IMG/VR virus record: IMGVR_UViG_3300037502_002994
Coordinates: 1 to 34,914 of that record
Direction: 5' to 3' (one strand)
DNA length: 34,914 nucleotides
From: a virus
Lineage: Duplodnaviria; Caudoviricetes
Below are positions 16,911 through 25,566 of this stretch, one piece after another (the first letter of the stretch is position 1; every line of letters starts with the position of its first letter). Below the pieces are notes generated by a model. It saw nothing but the letters and a program-made list of their open reading frames with translations, searched no databases and was not told the DNA's origin. Made by a program: the position numbers and the translations under genes.

Positions 16911-17105
16911 TCATTCATCCTCCTTTGATTTTTTCGGCTCCGGCCCGTACACCGCGGTCATGGCCTGCTCGGTGACGAGCCAGGTTGAGCCGGATTTTCG
17001 CACGTGGCCTCGTTTGATCCACTCATCGAAACGACCACGCGATATTGCTACTCTGACAGTGCCGCTAGGTTTCCCCCACCGCTCATCCGCCTCGCTAGCC
17101 GTCAT
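16911..17105 (-). CDS. Small winged-HTH protein (Aca-like candidate regulator)
   Basis: MTASEADERWG...TVRVAI..G....RKSGSTWLVT..AM..VYG pattern. Confidence 0.75.
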   Translation of the reverse strand: MTASEADERWGKPSGTVRVAISRGRFDEWIKRGHVRKSGSTWLVTEQAMTAVYGPEPKKSKEDE

Positions 17106-17125
17106 GACGGATGAGAGTGGGGGAA

Positions 17126-17401
17126 CTACTCCCCCAAGCAGTACGCCAGATACTCGCTCACCTCTTCCTCATCAACCCAATCGGAGGCGAATTTTTCAAA
17201 GTCTTCACCATATCCAAAGAAGAACGTCCACACTTCATCAATTTGATGATCTGCGATCCAGTCAACAAAGTTGCTGAAGGATTCAGTTTGAAAATTGCGG
17301 TCCACATTCCACCGCACGAACAAGTCCGCGGAAAGAGACCAGTCCGTGTCCCGATTCACCACTTCCTCAAAAATTTGTTTGACACGATCAGCTTTTTTCA
17401 T
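17126..17401 (-). CDS. Acidic, aromatic-rich 91-aa protein (DNA-mimic / Acr candidate)
   Basis: 22 D/E versus 8 K/R; AAGGAGG RBS. Confidence 0.7.
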   Translation of the reverse strand: MKKADRVKQIFEEVVNRDTDWSLSADLFVRWNVDRNFQTESFSNFVDWIADHQIDEVWTFFFGYGEDFEKFASDWVDEEEVSEYLAYCLGE

Positions 17402-17451
17402 TTCGTTCATCCTCCTTTTGGTTTTGAGAGAGGAGGGGTGAACCCTTCCCC

Positions 17452-17622
17452 TCATTTGATTTCAATGGTTTTCCCGGCATCCAAATCCGTCACATACACT
17501 TTTCCTTCTTCATGGCGACACATGACTTGAGCCAACTGGGCAGCCAATTCTAGGTTGAGCGACTCAATTTCATGCGTTTCATTCTTCTCAAGTGCGACGA
17601 TGTCAACCAGAAACTTTCGCAT
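17452..17622 (-). CDS. Small hypothetical accessory protein (56 aa)
   Basis: AAAGGAGG RBS before MRKFLV. Confidence 0.7.
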   Translation of the reverse strand: MRKFLVDIVALEKNETHEIESLNLELAAQLAQVMCRHEEGKVYVTDLDAGKTIEIK

Positions 17623-17635
17623 TTTTCCACCTCCT

Positions 17636-17998
17636 TTATGCAACATATTTTTTTGCTTTCAACTGGGCATCTACAGCCCAGGTTCCACCAGAAGTGGCGG
17701 CATGGAATTGACCAGTTTGAGCGTCGATGTATCCGCCAAGCTGAGTTTTCAGAATGCTGAACATCCCGGCTTTGTACAAGAGGAAAGTCACTTCGCCGTC
17801 GATGTAGATGCGATGCTTGCCGTATTTTTTCCACTCTTTTCGGCGTGTCTCTTTGTAGGAGACAACGGCAGTACGATCTTTGACAGCTTCCCAGACCATT
17901 TTCAAGGCCATTTTCAGACGAGCCTGATAGTCACCTTCCAAACGTTTTGCAATTTCGTGAGCTTGCTTCATGATTTTGCTCAGGATTTCTTTTTTCAT
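17636..17998 (-). CDS. Basic hypothetical accessory protein
   Basis: IMKQAHEIAK..ALKMVW helical hairpin and WKKYGKHRIYI motif; first gene after the promoter. Confidence 0.75.
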   Translation of the reverse strand: MKKEILSKIMKQAHEIAKRLEGDYQARLKMALKMVWEAVKDRTAVVSYKETRRKEWKKYGKHRIYIDGEVTFLLYKAGMFSILKTQLGGYIDAQTGQFHAATSGGTWAVDAQLKAKKYVA

Positions 17999-18019
17999 TT
18001 TGTTCATCCTCCTTTTTGT

Positions 18020-18072
18020 TACGCTTCCGTATCGTTTGATTATAGTATATACGATACCGTATCAGATTGCAA
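18020..18072 (-). promoter_or_regulatory. sigmaA promoter with two palindromic operators
   Basis: TTGCAA-N17-TATACT; TACG-N4-CGTA at 18050-18061 (in spacer) and 18020-18031 (downstream of -10). Confidence 0.8.
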
Positions 18073-18169
18073 CCCCTTTTTTGAATTTTTTTCGATGCTC
18101 AAAAACCGCATAAGATCAAGGTTTTTCGGGTACATATAAAAGTTTAAATTTTCTGAACATATAAGGCAA

Positions 18170-18200
18170 ACAAAAAAACCCCCCACCACGAGGGTGAGGG
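18170..18200 (-). terminator. Terminator after the lysin gene
   Basis: CCCTCACC-ctcgt-GGTGGGGG followed by a T7 tract. Confidence 0.85.
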
Positions 18201-18206
18201 CAATGG

Positions 18207-18905
18207 TCATGGTCTATACACATCAATAAAACTGTCAAAGCCGGCTTTTTTGAGTTCAGCAACGCGTTTTTCAGCGTTTGCTCTGTCTGCGAATGATCCA
18301 GTCACTACACGATACATGACATTTCCTTGCGGTTGGGTTTGGGCTTTCGGTTGTGGTTTTTGTTTCTTTTTCAACCCAAACGCCTTGGCCAGCCCGTTTA
18401 CATGCCCGCGTGCAATCCGGTCAAGGAACGCAGAATCGCGTAACAGACGCGCATCATTCGCGTTGTCCACAAACAAATTTTCTGTGAGAACGGCCGGCAT
18501 CCTAGTCAGCCGCAACACGGCAAAATTGGCCGCCTTTTTGCCGCGGTCTCGTACACCGCTCAACATTCGCATGATCTCATCATGCACAACATTTCTGAGG
18601 GCGACTGTTCTGCTAGCCTGGCTTGTGTGAATGAACGACTCGAAGCCGGTGCCGCCGCCGGCATTGTGGTGGATCGAAACAAAGTAGTCAGCGCCCCAAT
18701 TGTTCGCCATGCGAGCACGATCCTCCAGGCTCACAAACACATCCCTGTCTCTGCTCATGCGAACCTGAACGCCATCGTACTCGTTGAGCAGGATATCGCG
18801 CATCCGCAACCCGATTTGCAACGCCAGTTCCTTTTCCTGCATCCCGTTTGCCACTGCCCCGGGATCCCGTCCACCGTGTCCGGGGTCGATGAAAATTTTG
18901 GTCAT
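18207..18905 (-). CDS. Endolysin: Amidase_3 + SPOR-like domain (CwlC-like)
   Basis: IDPGHGG..E, VSIHHNA, LTENLFVD; C-terminal YRVVTGSFADRANAE. Confidence 0.95.
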   Translation of the reverse strand: MTKIFIDPGHGGRDPGAVANGMQEKELALQIGLRMRDILLNEYDGVQVRMSRDRDVFVSLEDRARMANNWGADYFVSIHHNAGGGTGFESFIHTSQASRTVALRNVVHDEIMRMLSGVRDRGKKAANFAVLRLTRMPAVLTENLFVDNANDARLLRDSAFLDRIARGHVNGLAKAFGLKKKQKPQPKAQTQPQGNVMYRVVTGSFADRANAEKRVAELKKAGFDSFIDVYRP

Positions 18906-18906
18906 A

Positions 18907-19092
18907 TTAGTTTTCCTCCTTTTCACGATGATTAGCGTCAACATAAGATTCACCAAGAATATACCCAATGGCTACAGCTGCCACTGACAATACAGCCTCG
19001 GTTGGTAGATTCAATCCGAGGCCGTCATTTGCCACAACAAGCAACGCTGTCACCACTGCCATCCAAAATTTGCGTGATTTGAGTTTGTCCAT
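18907..19092 (-). CDS. Holin
   Basis: KLKSRKFW followed by two hydrophobic helices and YILGESYVD; directly upstream of the lysin. Confidence 0.88.
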   Translation of the reverse strand: MDKLKSRKFWMAVVTALLVVANDGLGLNLPTEAVLSVAAVAIGYILGESYVDANHREKEEN

Positions 19093-19093
19093 C

Positions 19094-19285
19094 CTACATC
19101 CCTCCCCCTGAAACTAAAATCAACCCTATCCCTGCCGTGATGATCGCTCCCAAAACAAGCCGGTTGAGCCATTGTAGTGTATTTTTGATATCCTTGATAT
19201 CTTGTGCCATAGTGCTGATGTTAGTTTCAACCATGGCAATTCTCACCTCCAACTGGCGGACACGTTCTTCCAAGTCTTCAGGCAA
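19094..19285 (-). CDS. XhlA-like lysis protein
   Basis: Coiled coil, then WLNRLVLGAII transmembrane tail. Confidence 0.8.
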   Translation of the reverse strand: MPEDLEERVRQLEVRIAMVETNISTMAQDIKDIKNTLQWLNRLVLGAIITAGIGLILVSGGGM

Positions 19286-19303
19286 TATGATCACCCTTTC
19301 AAG

Positions 19304-19330
19304 CAAAATAAAAAACGCCTATTCGGCGTC
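19304..19330 (-). terminator. Terminator-like hairpin between tail and lysis genes
   Basis: ACGCC-gaata-GGCGT-TTTTTATTTT. Confidence 0.6.
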
Positions 19331-19498
19331 TCCATCCAGCGCTTTTTTCAACTCATCATTTTCCTTCCGCAGGCTTTCGTTTTCCTCTTTCAACTGTTCC
19401 GCCTGGGCAGCCAGTATCGCGTTTTCTTGCGTGAGCGCGGCCACTCGGTTGGATAGATTCGCAATCACTTTGTTTGCATCAACTTGCACTTGTTGCAT
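19319..19498 (-). CDS. Small coiled-coil protein (59 aa; not in ORF track)
   Basis: MQQVQVDANKVIANLSNRVAALTQENAILAAQ...; GGAGGG RBS. Confidence 0.75.
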   Translation of the reverse strand: MQQVQVDANKVIANLSNRVAALTQENAILAAQAEQLKEENESLRKENDELKKALDGDAE

Positions 19499-22043
19499 TT
19501 TGCACCCTCCTCACAAGTTCTTGTACTGCTTCCCAAGACAACTCTAATTCATCCCGAACCTCTTGCAATGCCTTCCACAGTACAGCTATCTGACTCTCAA
19601 GCGAAATACCATCCTCCCCGTGCCGGATCATCTCCGGTGACTCTTCATAGATCACACCGAGATGGCGTTCTTCCCGATCTTTGAAACGATATGAGTAGAT
19701 ATGAGTTTTTCCAACCACATCGTCAAGGAGGCGGCCCGTCAGTTCCTCGATATCCTCTTTGTATTCCTCTCGCGAGGATACAACGAAATCAGATGCTTGA
19801 ATGTTTCGATATGCCGTATCTCCGCGGTCTCTGATCTGCACAGTTTCAGCCGAACTGTTCAGACCTTTAACCATTACGCGGCCAAGTATCAGCCCGTAGT
19901 GCGGATAGGAGTCTGTTTCAGTTAGCATCATGCGGTCTGATGATCCAAAGAGAATGATATTTGAATCGAAATAGCCCCGTACTCTTCTTGTTCGTATACC
20001 ATTACTCCCAGCTAAATCTAAGTTTCCGCCAATATCAAGGTTACCCGTGATTAAAGAATTGTTTGCTCGTACGGTAAAATTGTTGAGCGTTATATTGTTC
20101 GATGCTGTTTCGTATCTTTGTATAGTCAAATTGATCAGGCTATCAGAAACAAACTCAACCCACCTTGTTCCCAAAGAAGGACTCCAGCCAGCGGCTAGAC
20201 GTATAGCGTAATTTGACCATTCTTCAAATGGATCCCCTATTTCGAGATGTCTTGTTCTGATATGTCCTTCGAACGTTCCTGATGCCGCAACCAATTGTCC
20301 TACAAACGTCCCGTCCACGCCGTTTAATCTGCCTGTAATTGTGGCGTTTTGGATGTTTGCGTTGATGATATTTGCGTTCGCGATATCCACCCGCTGAAAC
20401 GTTGCGCCTGAGCCGGTGATAGTGCCGGTGATCACCGCGTTTTGCGCCGTGATATCCCCAGCAAGCGTCATATTTCGGGCAATGATGTCACCGTCAAAGA
20501 CACCGCCTGAACGGGTGTATAGCGTGCCTTCAAGATACAGTGATCCGCCTTCAAGTGCGAATATGCCCTCGGAAATCTTCTGCATATCGAGTGACGATAG
20601 TTCTTGATCAAGGTTGTCAAGGCGAATTTCGGCTTGAACAATGTCCTGCTCGGCTTGCGTGATGCGGTTTTCCGCTTCGCCCAACCGCTGTTTTGCCGCC
20701 TCAATCTCCTGCTCCGCTTCCTGTACTCGTTGTTCCGCGTAGCTTTTTGCGTTCTGCTCTGCTTGATCCGCCTTTTGTTGTGCCCCGCTTGTTGTCTCAA
20801 TCGTTCCCGTTCCAACATCAGTGTCAATCTTCTGTTTGGCTTCTTTTCCCGGTTGTGCTTGGATATCAGCATAGTATGTTGAATCCTGGTATACCAACTG
20901 GTCTTTTTGATCAATCGTTTGTTTGTCGTAGGTGACTTCCATTACCTGAGACATGCTGACTTTCTTAGCTATTTCCGCTTGTAGAGCCTTCCAAATTGCT
21001 TTTACATCTTCTTCGGTATATTCGATGAAATCACCAAGGATGATTTTCTTTCGTGACTTGTCTTTGATCGACCGCTCTTGCGTGTGAACACGGGCCTCAA
21101 TGTAAAGAGGCGGACTGAATCCTTCGTCCTTGATCCTCAGCGTATCCCCAAAACGGATTTTTTTGTTCTCCATTCCGGGGACGTTTTCGAGATCAACAAC
21201 ATCAATCTCATACTCGACTATAGCATTGATACGCTTTTCCAACTCATTCTCGGTAAGTGTACGCAAACGGCTCTCTGTCATGTCTTGATCAGTTGACTGC
21301 GGTTCATACACTTCCACCAGGTGTTTTCCGTTGCGCCCCCATCTTTGAAGAGCATCCAAGTCCTCTACAAACACCTCAAGCCGTGTGCCGTCCTCACGTT
21401 CAGGTCCAATACCAACCAGGGCCGTGACAATCTGATCTGTTTTTTCCTTGCGTTCAATACCCAGCAGGTCTTTTCCAAACGTGATCTCTCGTCCTTGCCA
21501 GCTGCCAACACGCTCAACCAGATCAACATAGCGGGCTACGACACGATTGTGGTCAATCTCAACGCGAAAATTCAGTTCAAGGTTAAATTCGCTTGCAATC
21601 CGCTTCAGCAGACTGTAGGGGTTGGTGTGCTCTTCAATGTGTATAGTACGGATACCAGCAAAGGTGATGTTTCCCGGTTGCCACTCTGTACCTGACAGAG
21701 CAAAGGTAACAGCAGTCTGTGCTGTTTGACCACTCAGCGTTTGTGGTCTGATCACTTTTTGCTTTTTCAACTCAAGATAGCTAGCTGTGCAATAGACCGC
21801 CTTAGTTCTATCTAACCTCTGAACCGTTTCCTCAATGATAAATTCTATATACCCGCCATCTTCAGCAGGGATAATGACGCGATTACGGTCTCTAAGATGT
21901 TGTGAGTACCGTTGATCGGCAAAGGTCACAAAGTCGAATATTTCAAGGTGGTCCAACTGCTTTTTATGTGTGTCATCCCAAAAGTCACTAATTGTGTCTA
22001 AAATTGTATCGGTTTGTTGGTCAGTGATGTGTATGAGTGTCAT
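19479..22043 (-). CDS. Tal / central tail spike with coiled coil and C-terminal Peptidase_S74-type chaperone
   Basis: Prophage tail endopeptidase-like N-terminus; heptad repeats; SSREEYKEDI...YRFK...LGVIYEE...LWKALQE. Confidence 0.85.
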   Translation of the reverse strand: MTLIHITDQQTDTILDTISDFWDDTHKKQLDHLEIFDFVTFADQRYSQHLRDRNRVIIPAEDGGYIEFIIEETVQRLDRTKAVYCTASYLELKKQKVIRPQTLSGQTAQTAVTFALSGTEWQPGNITFAGIRTIHIEEHTNPYSLLKRIASEFNLELNFRVEIDHNRVVARYVDLVERVGSWQGREITFGKDLLGIERKEKTDQIVTALVGIGPEREDGTRLEVFVEDLDALQRWGRNGKHLVEVYEPQSTDQDMTESRLRTLTENELEKRINAIVEYEIDVVDLENVPGMENKKIRFGDTLRIKDEGFSPPLYIEARVHTQERSIKDKSRKKIILGDFIEYTEEDVKAIWKALQAEIAKKVSMSQVMEVTYDKQTIDQKDQLVYQDSTYYADIQAQPGKEAKQKIDTDVGTGTIETTSGAQQKADQAEQNAKSYAEQRVQEAEQEIEAAKQRLGEAENRITQAEQDIVQAEIRLDNLDQELSSLDMQKISEGIFALEGGSLYLEGTLYTRSGGVFDGDIIARNMTLAGDITAQNAVITGTITGSGATFQRVDIANANIINANIQNATITGRLNGVDGTFVGQLVAASGTFEGHIRTRHLEIGDPFEEWSNYAIRLAAGWSPSLGTRWVEFVSDSLINLTIQRYETASNNITLNNFTVRANNSLITGNLDIGGNLDLAGSNGIRTRRVRGYFDSNIILFGSSDRMMLTETDSYPHYGLILGRVMVKGLNSSAETVQIRDRGDTAYRNIQASDFVVSSREEYKEDIEELTGRLLDDVVGKTHIYSYRFKDREERHLGVIYEESPEMIRHGEDGISLESQIAVLWKALQEVRDELELSWEAVQELVRRVQNATSAS

Positions 22044-23479
22044 CGATATCTCTCCCTGTATCGCACACTGACATTGAACGAATCACTCGGATGTACCACA
22101 AGCTGATTAAAGCCCTGTTTCAGCTTGAAATAGGTTGCTCCAAAATCCTTTAGCTCCGTTCTATCTTCGCCATTGATCAGTAATTCTTCTGACTTATGAT
22201 CAAATGTTATAACATCCCCGGGATGAGCAATGTATGGGATTTCGTTATCTTCAAGCTTATTGACTTTCCACGCTTTGATATCTTTGATACTCATCTGGGT
22301 TGGAGTATGTCCACCCCATGTAGCTATATGCACTTGGATCTGAGCGACCCGCTGCATATATTTTTCTTCAATATCTATAAAACGTACCGTTCTGCGCGAG
22401 TGATGTTGACCATCAGTTATTTTTCCTATATGTGCAATCCACTCATTACCGACACGTTCTACACGTAAAATACCATCGAAGTCATTCCACGTGGGGCGGC
22501 CACTGCTAGTGGTTGGACTTTCGGCAATGATGTACTTCCCATCCGCAAGGCCGCCGGCTCTGATCTCTCCAAAATTACGAGGAGTGCTGAGACTAGTGTC
22601 TTTCATCGCCATTTTTGCAACTGCATTATTATTCACGTCAAGCAAATAAATCTCAACACGCCCTACACCACTTGCATTCCTATTTTCAATAAGAGCCTCT
22701 ACTCGAAAATCTTGTAATGTTTCAGACAGACTCGTTTTGAGAGCTGGTCCATGCCATCCAGACTGAGCTGTACCAAAACTAGAGGCAACAAATCTATTAC
22801 CTTGTGAGACCATTTCGCCAGTCACAATGCCGCCATCTACTTGATCTCCTGTTGTCCATCCCGTTGTCGTGCTCATTGTATCGTGCTTGATGATCTCGTA
22901 TTCATCGACAACAATTGCATCTATGTCAATCGGCTTGCCTATCATCATATATTCATCTTCTTGATTTTGAATGAGAGCAAACGTGACTGGCTGCAAGACT
23001 TCCAACTCAAATATCGGATCAGCAGGTGCAGTGCCGTTGTTGGTGAGGGTTACAACATCGGACGGGAATGCGGCTGTGAGTTCTGGACCATATGAGTAGG
23101 GATCCAAACACAGGAATTGGATCGTGCCTTGCCTAAAGTTAACAAACCGTGTGAAATCCTCAATCGTATTTTGAACAACCGCATAATATGTGCGCCCGGG
23201 TTCATCATCAAACTGTAAAGGTACAGGTTCATCCGTAATTAGCCATGCAGCAAGTTCATCCCTTAAATGCAAGGCATGTTCATCGTCATACGCGTCAAAA
23301 CCAATAGGTTGATGAATGACAATGGGCTCAACGTCAGTAGATTGTAGATATGCCCCCGGTCTGCCTGGTACGGTAAGTATATTGCGGCGCAAGGGAGCAA
23401 AAGGAGCCTTTTTTCTCCCTGCCAACAAAAACAACCACGGCTTTCTAACCCCGTTGAAAGTTAAGTTTTTAAGTGGCAA
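22040..23479 (-). CDS. Distal tail protein (evolved Dit with inserted domain)
   Basis: LTFNG, LQFDDEPGRTYYA, FLCLDPYSY, YFKLKQGFN, YRERY; 479 aa. Confidence 0.88.
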   Translation of the reverse strand: MPLKNLTFNGVRKPWLFLLAGRKKAPFAPLRRNILTVPGRPGAYLQSTDVEPIVIHQPIGFDAYDDEHALHLRDELAAWLITDEPVPLQFDDEPGRTYYAVVQNTIEDFTRFVNFRQGTIQFLCLDPYSYGPELTAAFPSDVVTLTNNGTAPADPIFELEVLQPVTFALIQNQEDEYMMIGKPIDIDAIVVDEYEIIKHDTMSTTTGWTTGDQVDGGIVTGEMVSQGNRFVASSFGTAQSGWHGPALKTSLSETLQDFRVEALIENRNASGVGRVEIYLLDVNNNAVAKMAMKDTSLSTPRNFGEIRAGGLADGKYIIAESPTTSSGRPTWNDFDGILRVERVGNEWIAHIGKITDGQHHSRRTVRFIDIEEKYMQRVAQIQVHIATWGGHTPTQMSIKDIKAWKVNKLEDNEIPYIAHPGDVITFDHKSEELLINGEDRTELKDFGATYFKLKQGFNQLVVHPSDSFNVSVRYRERYR

Positions 23480-25517
23480 AGCGCTCCCTCCTTGCCTTGT
23501 TTCTTTCTTGAATTTCACTGACGTGGGTTTCCACTATTGCCCCTACAACACGATCATCCATTATGATGTTTTTGCCTTCTCGCACCACCTTGATGAGTTC
23601 AGTTAATAAAGCCTCAATTTTTCCACCGCTGTTTGATAATGCCGGTATCAGATACCTTGCTATAGTCTGCCCCATGAGGTCATAGTTGATAGATTGTGTT
23701 CCTATCCCAATTCCTGATGGAATTGTGCCCACCATAGAGTCCATTGCTGGAATCACATTGTATAACATCTTTTCAAACTCTGGTAACTGCTTTTTCATAC
23801 CATCCATAAAACCTTTAAGCATATTGGCGCCCCAATCCTCAATGAAACGACCTTCACCTTCTTCAGTAGGTGATGCAAACCCAAGAAAGCGGCTAACCGT
23901 AGATGTGACACTGGATACAGCATCACCAACCTTGCCTAGCATTGACTTGATACCGTCAATGAACCCTTGTATCATGTTCCGACCCCAATCTTTTGCACTA
24001 CGAACCAGACCAAGGAAAGCATCTCTGATTGAGTCTCTGATATTAAAAACGGGCTGGGTTACTCTGTCGACAGCTCCTCGGAACACTTCAACAACTCTAT
24101 TCCACATTTGAGTTGATAGCTCTTTCACTCGTGTTCCAAGCGAACGGAAAATATTGATGATGCTGGTACTCAAGTTTCTGAGGATGTTCAAGCCCATTCT
24201 GAACAGATTCAGCTTGAGTATATTCAGAATGACGGTCACAGCACCGGACAGGATTTGTTTGACTCCTTCCCAAGCTTGTGACCAGTTGCCTGTGAACAGG
24301 GCCGCAAACGTCTGAACAAGGCCCATGATAACATCCAAAGCACCAGAGATGATACCTTGGATTGCGCCCCAGATATATTCGATGATCCATTTGATAGCTG
24401 GCATCACCGTTTCAATCACGGATTTAACAAAAGAAAAGGCGTTCTGGACAGCTTGCATGATCATTTCTCCGTTTTCTGCCCAAAACGCTTGGATTTTTGC
24501 CAGTTGAGACTGAATGAAGGGCACAATCAGTCCCATAACGTGCTTAATGATATCCTTGATATGATTGAACACAGTCCGGACAAAATCCCAAACCATGCCG
24601 AGATACCTTAAAAAGTCATCTTTTATTGAAGATAGGCTGTCCCGGTTAGATTTAACCCAGTTTTCAATCCAACTCATGAGTTCCTGTATCCATGAAACGC
24701 CCATCTGTATTACTGCTCCGATTACATCGAAGACAAAACTAAAAACCGATTTGATTGAAGGCAAATGCTTGAGTACCCAATCCAAAAGCGCTTGAAAAAT
24801 AGGGAGGATTTCGGCAGCAACCGAATAGAATATGGCTTGCATCGCCCTTTTTGCCTGGTCCATTGTGTCGGTGAACAACACACCAGCATCAATCATCTCA
24901 TCGCTCATGACCAGGCCGAGTTCATGAGCTTTTTGTTTCAACTCATCAATCGTTCCGCCTTTTGCATTCAACAATGGAAGCAGTTCTTGCCCGTTTCGCC
25001 CAAACAGTTCTTGGGCGATATTCGCCTTTTCAATGCCTTCTTCCATGCCCTGCAAGGCACGGACGACTTCTTCAAACACTTCCTCTTGGGATTTCAACGC
25101 CCCATTGGAGTCATATACGCTGATACCAAGCCTCGCGAATGCTTCAGCACCTTTTCCTGTCCCGTTTGCAGCTTCACCCATTCTTTTTGCCAGTGTTCTC
25201 AACCCGTTCTGCATACTGTCAATTGACACGCCGGATTGGCTGAGGATGAAGTCCCACTCCTGGAAAGCTTGACGGGATATACCCAGGCGTTGACTCAATT
25301 TATCGACCCTGTCTGCGGCGGAGGCAAATTTGTTTGCAGCAGCAAACATACCAGTTCCAACCGCAGCAGCACCAGCAGCAACACCAGCTGCTACCTTTCC
25401 GACGGTCATCAGCCCTGTTTTCAGCTTGCTAGATTTCTTTGTTGCGGAGCTAACGCCTTTTTCAAAATCTTTCGCGTTCAGCCCAAGTTTGACCATCAGA
25501 TTTGCAATGGTACTCAT
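23469..25517 (-). CDS. Tape measure protein
   Basis: IANLMVKLG start; periodic aromatic repeats; position after the chaperones. Confidence 0.92.
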   Translation of the reverse strand: MSTIANLMVKLGLNAKDFEKGVSSATKKSSKLKTGLMTVGKVAAGVAAGAAAVGTGMFAAANKFASAADRVDKLSQRLGISRQAFQEWDFILSQSGVSIDSMQNGLRTLAKRMGEAANGTGKGAEAFARLGISVYDSNGALKSQEEVFEEVVRALQGMEEGIEKANIAQELFGRNGQELLPLLNAKGGTIDELKQKAHELGLVMSDEMIDAGVLFTDTMDQAKRAMQAIFYSVAAEILPIFQALLDWVLKHLPSIKSVFSFVFDVIGAVIQMGVSWIQELMSWIENWVKSNRDSLSSIKDDFLRYLGMVWDFVRTVFNHIKDIIKHVMGLIVPFIQSQLAKIQAFWAENGEMIMQAVQNAFSFVKSVIETVMPAIKWIIEYIWGAIQGIISGALDVIMGLVQTFAALFTGNWSQAWEGVKQILSGAVTVILNILKLNLFRMGLNILRNLSTSIINIFRSLGTRVKELSTQMWNRVVEVFRGAVDRVTQPVFNIRDSIRDAFLGLVRSAKDWGRNMIQGFIDGIKSMLGKVGDAVSSVTSTVSRFLGFASPTEEGEGRFIEDWGANMLKGFMDGMKKQLPEFEKMLYNVIPAMDSMVGTIPSGIGIGTQSINYDLMGQTIARYLIPALSNSGGKIEALLTELIKVVREGKNIIMDDRVVGAIVETHVSEIQERNKARRERFAT

Positions 25518-25539
25518 CTATACAGCCCCCTTTTGGGCA

Positions 25540-25566
25540 ACAAAAACCGCCCCTTGGAGGGCGGCT
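25540..25566 (-). terminator. Terminator-like hairpin before the tape measure gene
   Basis: CCGCCC-tccaag-GGGCGG-TTTTT. Confidence 0.65.

Noticed and set aside
16089-18139. Plus-strand ORFs (e.g. 16089-16490, 16837-17277, 17555-18139) and similar antisense ORFs across the genome
   Set aside because: Shadows of well-supported minus-strand genes, with no RBS or recognisable motifs
16141-18200. Solitary CRISPR repeat (RNA anti-CRISPR) in the accessory operon
   Set aside because: I found no repeat-like GTTT...GAAAC/ATTGAAA(C/G) unit of convincing length. The ATTGAAAG after the pseudoknot overlaps the RBS and is too short to call; a search against host repeats would be needed
19479-22043. Diversity-generating retroelement or invertible tail cassette
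   Set aside because: No reverse transcriptase or invertase gene, and no duplicated template region seen
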